Assembly: GCF_009914755.1 (NCBI RefSeq)
Contig: NC_060926.1
Length of the DNA stretch: 64,000 bases
Strand: one strand, 5' to 3'
Source: the human T2T-CHM13v2.0 reference genome, Homo sapiens
The notes below the pieces were generated by a model. That model was given only the letters and a program-made list of their open reading frames with translations, made no database searches and was not told the origin of the DNA. Of this stretch, positions 57,078 through 64,000 are shown piece by piece. The stretch's first letter is position 1, and each line of letters begins with the position of its first letter. Made by a program: the position numbers and the translations under genes.

Positions 57078-57494
57078 GTACGGTTACCGGCGTCGGCAAG
57101 TACTCTAGTATAAGTGTGCTTATCATAGAGTTGATCAGTGCACACTGCGTTGTTTTGACGTCTGTCTCAGTAAAATCACCTGTGCTCTTTTACAATGATA
57201 CTATTTTTAGTGAGGAGAAATTTATTAAAATATACAAATGTTTGAGGTAACGTTAGGTATTCAGGACAAAAAATGTTTATTGTTTTGATTATACATGCAG
57301 TACCTTTTGTGATAGTATAAAGAGCTATACAGTTCCATATCAGCACCTGAAAGTAGTTAGTAAAGAAGGATGAGGCTCATGGCCATCGAATCTGGATTAG
57401 AAGACTGGATGGGCTGTTAGAACGGTTCTTTAGTGCAAATGATTTTGCTGCCCAAGAAGGGCAGAGGACAGGTGGGGGAAGTGAGATTTAGGTA

Positions 57495-57620
57495 GTACTT
57501 TTTCTCTAACCTTCATAACAATTCTATGAGGTGGATGTTATTATTCCTGCTGTACTATGGAAGAAATTAAGGCAGAGAGAGGGCAAATAAGCCTGCTTAA
57601 GGCCACGGGACATTGAATAT
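57495..57620 (-). mobile_element. MIR fragment
   Basis: cttcataacaattctatgagg...ttattattcc...gaagaaattaaggcagagagagg. Confidence 0.65.
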
Positions 57621-59312
57621 GAGGGTACTTGGATATCTGATTCCTTCATTTGGAGATGAACTTTCTTGTCTTCAGGGAGGATTAATAAAGAGCAAGTGGA
57701 TTTGGATTAAAGCAAGAGAGAGAGAGAGATGATTTGTATGTAAGAAACAGTGACCTCCGTCAGTCAGGGTGAAGATCCCCAGAATGGCTACAGAAAGAAA
57801 CTCTGACTTCTAGGGAATCAACAAGTGCCACTGAACCTGAGCAGTGTCCCAGTTACTGGGGACACCAGAAAGGAAACAAAGTGGGGAAACCTCACTGGAT
57901 TTTTGTTTGTCTTTTTCCTAGATTGCTAACACATGTCAGCATAAAAGTAGCACCTTTCCCGTATGTGGACTTGTGCCATATAGGTAACTGGGATTTTCAA
58001 TCTGATGGCTTCTCAGCAAATGTTTATAGGTGTCCTTCATTATAAATACTGCTCAGGAGGCCCTGGCATGTCTCAGGATTTATAACATTTCAATTTGTAA
58101 TTGGACGTGTTTTCCAGCCTTTGAGTTTTGTGCCACAGATTAAGAACTTTCATGTATCATTCTTATTAGTTGTCAGTTCTTGCCTTAGGTTGCATTTGGG
58201 GGTTGTTGAGTCTCCCTAAAAGTTAGTGCTGTGGAAAGTGAGCAGAAAAGCTAAATCAAGCGCGGGAACAAGCTTCCTGGCATTTGTACAAACTGAAGCT
58301 TCTGTCAGCTGTGCCAGGGCCCTGAGCACTGCAGATGCTGAATCATGAGCCTGGAGTAGACAAGATTGCAGGGAACTTTATAGACTCAGCAAACGAGCCA
58401 CATTTGCAGGACACAGAAACCTGATCCAGACTTCTCACTAAGGCACTTAGTTACTTTTTTTTTTTTTTTAAAGAAACAGAATAGCTAATTGGCCTCCAGA
58501 GGTCATTTGAGGTCCCAAAAGGAGACCTTATCATTAATAAGACACTCCAAATCTGATATCAGTTGTAACTAAAACTTAAAAGGTATTTCAACTCTAGCAA
58601 AAGAAATTGTGTTCACTGCAGTTTGTTTTTGTGTTCACTGCTTTTCTCTCTTTCATGACCCATTTTCTTCAAACAGCTCATATACCCAAACTTACGTGCT
58701 TCATAGATAATGAACTAACAGTCTGTTTTTTATGTGTCTGTATTTATGTACATCAGAAAAACCCAAGATGATATGGTGCACACTATTTTATATCAAGATT
58801 TTTTAAATGTAGCAAAATTTTAAATATTTTAGCATATATTAAGTAATCTTCTAAACCTTTAATTTTTAAAAATTTCATAATATTATTTCTAATTCATTTG
58901 TTATAATATGTTTAAAAATGCCATGGTGATAGACATTTTGACTCTTTCCAATCTTTCACTATCCGAATAACTTCAAGGGAAGGCCTTCCAGATACGTTTT
59001 GAATACATCCCTTATAATTGCTTCAGAATTAATTCTGAGAAAGGAATTTTCTGGGTCAAAGAGTTGGTACAATTTTTTAACACTCTTCATATATATTAAC
59101 AATTTTTATTTCTGAAAGTTTGTATAAATTCATATTCCCACCACCATTACATATATATATATATTTTTAAAGCATTTGTAAATAAACTTCATGAAGATTG
59201 TCTTTTATGCTGCTTCAGAAAATCTTTGTACAGAGTACCAGAAAAGGAAATTAATATGTAAGAATGGCTAGGTTAAACTTATTTTCACATAATGCAGCCT
59301 TTTTTCCCCTAA

Positions 59313-59631
<319 letters not shown>

Positions 59632-60134
59632 CAAAGATCTCAAATTGTTTAGAGAAAAGTACATGCACACATTGTACACACACATGTAGACACACAATAT
59701 TTTCCACGTAACTAAAGAACAGTCTATTTGGCTATGAAGTTAAATGTGAATGTGGATATTGACAGCATCCCAGGAATTAGTTGCAACCATACTTTGCAAA
59801 GAGGGTTGTCTAGGTTTTCCCATTTCACCACTAACAAGCCCCTCTCTCATTCTTACTTCTCACTAAGAAAAGATTAATGTCTTGGCTTTTACTTTTATTG
59901 CATGGACATGGGTTAAAAGTGCTTCTTTCCATGTGAAGCAAATATAGGAGCTCGAGAGGTCAAAAAGAAGCGTGTAATATGAATGCTAGGTATCAGTCCA
60001 AGAATAAGGAAGAACTTTTGTTCTGCACTTGATGGAGCAATAGCTTTTGTTTAAGTTCCTACCAGTGCTTTGCACATAATATATAATAAAACTATTTTGT
60101 TGATTTTTTTACAACTTTAAAAAGTAATTTATTT

Positions 60135-60680
60135 ACTTTTCTTATTTAAACAAATTTATTGGGATATAACTTATGTATCATAAAGCATATAATTGTTTTT
60201 AGTATATCTACAGAATTGTGCATCCATCAACATAATCTAATTTTAGAATATTTTCATCACTGCATAAAGAAACCACACCACCTGTTAACAGTTGCTCCCC
60301 AGTCTCTCTTTTACCAACCATAGGTAACCACTAATCTATTAATACTTTCTATCTCAATAGATTTGCCTATTCTGGACATAAATGAAATAATATAATAGGT
60401 GGGCCTTTGTGACTAGTTTCCTTTTTCGTCCCTAGTTTTAATGAGATATAATTGAAAAATAGAAATTACATATATTTAAGGTATGTAACTTAAATTGTAT
60501 ATATAGGAATTGTATGTATTATTCAAAACATCAGGTTGATATGTTGGTACATTGTGAAATGGTCACCACACTCAAGCTAATGAACACACCCATCACCTCA
60601 CATAGTTATCTTTTTTTTTTTTGTAGTGAGAACATTTAAGATCCACCCTCTTAGCATGTTTCAAGTACTATATATTTGTT
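60135..60680 (-). mobile_element. Two adjacent old L1 3'-end fragments (L1MB-like then L1MA-like)
   Basis: cataatctaattttagaatattttcatcac...gatttgcctattctggaca, then tacattgtgaaatggtcaccacactcaagctaat. Confidence 0.7.
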
Positions 60681-61384
60681 GACCAACTTTGCTGATGAGC
60701 CTATTTAAATAAGTTAATTTTTAGCATTTCAGTTCTTATAAAATAATAAGCATCAACAAAACACTATGAAAGTACTTTTCAAAATTAACATATTTCTATT
60801 AAGTCTTTTTTGGTGAGCTGCTAATACATATTTGTAAGTGCTTACTAATACTTTGATTTCTCTTCTGCTTACGTCAGCAGTCATGATGAATAAATAGATG
60901 AAGTGCCTCCATCCCAACTTCCCTCTACCTTATTACTATCATTATTAGGTGGGGAAGGCTTCTTTTCCTAGGTCTATTTCCTCACCCTGGCTTCTTCCTA
61001 TTCCGTTGCTCATTCTTGCTCAGGGAAGGAAGAGCGGCTTGACTGCTGGGAAAGTATGTCTGTGCAGCCAGTTCCTCCCTCCCTTTTTTTTTCTTTTTTT
61101 TTTGTAGGATCTACCTTCCTACAAGAAGAGTACATTCTCTCCACCTTTCTCTTCTCTGAATTGTACTGTGGCCACCCACATGTGTGTATGTGGCTGGGGT
61201 TAGGTTGTCCCACATTGTCTCTGCCTGGGTGGGTAAGGCTAGCTACTCCTGGGTGCAGCATTAGCAGGCCTATTAGATTCTCAACTAATCCTCTCCTCCA
61301 GTATAGCTCTATAATAAATGAAGGTGACATTTTGATGTTTCAATTCTATGTCACTCTCTCATTTAGTTTTAAACTTGGGTGGGC

Positions 61385-62133
61385 ACCAATTCATACCTAT
61401 GAGGATGGCTATAATGAAAATGATGGACAATAACAAGTGCTGTCGAGATTGTGGAGAGATTGGAACCCTCATACACAGCTTGTGGGAATGTAAAATGTTG
61501 TGTGGCTGCTTGGCAGAACAGTTTGGCAGTTCCTCAAAAAGTTCAACAAAGAGTTACCATATCACCCAGCAGTTCTACTTCTAGGCATATACTCAAGTGA
61601 ATTAAATACATATGTCCACAAAGAAACTTGTACATAAATGTTCATAACATTATTCATAGTAGCCAAAAGGTGGAAACACCCTAAATGTCCTTCAATTGTT
61701 GAAGGAATAAGGGAAATATGGCATATCCACATAGTGGAATTACTATTCAGTCATAAAAGAAATGAAGCACTGATACATACTACACCAAAAGATAAATCTT
61801 GTAAACATTATGCTAAGTAAAATAAGCCATACACGAAGGGGCACATATGATACGATTCTGTTTATTTGACATGTCCAGAATAGGCAAATTCATAGGAACT
61901 GAAAGTAGGTTCATGATTGCCAGGGCCTGGTGGAGTGGAGGGGAGGAGAAATGGAAACTGATTGCTAATGGTTACAGGACTTTTTTCTGAGGTGATGAGA
62001 CTATTCTGGAACTACATAGTGGGGATAGTTATACAACTCTGTGAATATGCGAAGAAAAACACTGAATTTTATACTTAAAAAGGTAAACTTTATGATTTCT
62101 GAATTATATCTAAATAACAACAACAATAAAAAA
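61385..62133 (+). mobile_element. L1MB-type 3' fragment (ORF2 C-terminus and 3'UTR)
   Basis: NNKCCRDCGEIGTLIHSLWECK and MFITLFIVAKRWKHPKCPS in the ORF track. Ends gaattatatctaaataac...aataaaaaa. Confidence 0.85.
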
Positions 62134-62451
62134 CCCAGGTGGGGAATAAGAGTTTATTTACCCACCCTCTTCATCAAACAAGAATCCTTTAGGATTGGTC
62201 TTGTCACATATGCTCATGAATAAGCCATTCCTGTTCATTCATTAAACAAATACGGTTTTACTGTATAGCATAATGTCCTTTAGGTCTACCCATATTTGGC
62301 AAATGCCAGGATCTCCTTCTTTAAGGCCGAATGCTATTCCATTGCGTGTGTGTTTGTGTGTGTGTGTGTGTGTTGAAATAAGCCAGACACAGAAAGAAAA
62401 ATATTCTGTGACCTCACTTATGTGTAGAATCTAAAAAAGTCGAATATGTAT

Positions 62452-62531
62452 TTATGTTGGTGCAAAAGCAATTGCGGTGTTCGCCATTGAAAGTAATGTC
62501 AAAAACCACAAATACTTTTGCACCAACCTTA
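62452..62531. mobile_element. MADE1 (Hsmar1-derived 80-bp MITE)
   Basis: ttatGTTGGTGCAAAAGcaattgcgg...ccacaaataCTTTTGCACCAACctta, 80 bp, palindromic, with TA flanks. Confidence 0.93.
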
Positions 62532-62777
62532 TAGAACAGTGGTTACCAGGGGCAGGAGGTGGAGGGGTGGGAGTGGGGTGGTGGGTTGGAGAGATGTAGG
62601 TCAGATGGTACAAAGTTGCAGTTATATAGGCTCTAAGTCTAAAGATGGAATGGATAGCATAAGGGCTATGGTCAGTCATATTGTATGATGGGAATTTGCT
62701 AAGAGAGTAGATTTTAGGTGGTCACGCCACACGCTTAAAACGTAACTGTGAGGTAGAAATAAGACATGTTAATTTGA

Positions 62778-63152
<375 letters not shown>

Positions 63153-64000
63153 TAGAAAACAAAAAAGCAGAAAAAATATTGATTTACCTTGTACTGTGAC
63201 CTTTTTGAGGTCATAGTTCCTGTTCTAGGTACTAGATATGTATCAGTGAACCAAACAGATAAAGATCCCTGCCCTTATGGGTCCTGTGTTCTCTTCTCAC
63301 CTTTATTCTTTTCTTTATCAGTATAACCACATCACCCTTTTAGAATGTTCTTTGTGCTTTCCTTATCAAATCATCATCACAGCTCAGTTCAAGCTCGCTT
63401 CTAAGAGTGAAGGGTTTTTGGCAGCAGGAGAGCATGGATTGTGATCAGGTGGAGTAGGTCTCTGTGCGCGTGGCTCCTGGCTGGGAGGTAGGGTTGATGC
63501 AGAGTGGAAGAGATTGGAGGAGTGCGTGTTCTGAAGACCCTGTCCAGTGTATGAGTAAGGGAGGGTGGGCCCTGCAGAAGTCAGTCAGAGTCTGGCCGAG
63601 GTGCTGTATTGGAGTCAGGGTATTTTCAGACACACGGGTCTGCCTGTCTTCCCTTTTCTGAGTGTTTCCCCACCTCTTTCTGCTTCCTTTCCTTTATTTT
63701 TCTCATTCCCTCTTCTTTTAGTAATATTTTAATGAAGTTTTCAGACTATTTTTTAAATCTATTTTCCCTTCTTTTTTACTGCCTCTCAGCTTGCCATAAT
63801 TGGGTTTAAAAATTCGTGTTTGTATTGTTTCTAACCAGAGATAACTTAAAGTTTGTATTTCCACTCCTATACTAAAAATGACTCTTTTACTTGCGTGTAC
63901 ACTAGAATTTTTTCCCTAGTCTTTGAATTAATAGCCAGTTTTTTAAAAAGTTTCTTACCACTGCATAAATAATAATTTAAGCAATAACAAGGAAAACAGA

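Noticed and set aside
56898-57113. 71-aa ORF as a standalone small protein
   Set aside because: Only 57014-57077 is coding. The flanks are intronic read-through of the exon frame.

Overview
This window is primate (human-like) nuclear DNA, not microbial. It lies inside the neuronal gene ADAM23 on the + strand. Only two short coding exons are present: 7372-7448 (AVHLAQASFQIEAFGSKFILDLILN-) and 57014-57077 (-GLLSSDYVEIHYENGKPQYSK). They splice in frame across a 49,565-bp GT-AG intron and encode part of the ADAM23 prodomain. The rest is intron filled with transposon fossils: a 5'-truncated sense L1PA (~4.85 kb, with TSD), a near-full-length Tigger1, about a dozen Alus, MaLR solo LTRs (THE1/MST/MLT1), hAT MITEs (MER1B, MER58B, MER94), a MADE1, and L2/MIR/old L1/HAL1 fragments. 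Nearly all ORFs in the track are repeat-derived or chance. I find no CRISPR array, RNA gene or convincing new multi-gene system. The best leads are at the RNA level: a 58-bp hairpin (29100-29248) and a 20-bp hairpin (50032-50087) whose mismatches are almost all G-U pairs in the sense pre-mRNA, a strong decoy or poison 3' splice site with QKI/RBFOX motifs before the second exon, a MADE1 (miR-548-type) hairpin, closely spaced inverted Alus, and several template-switch or twin-priming scars. Repeat subfamily names and the gene identity come from recalled consensus sequences, not from a database search.
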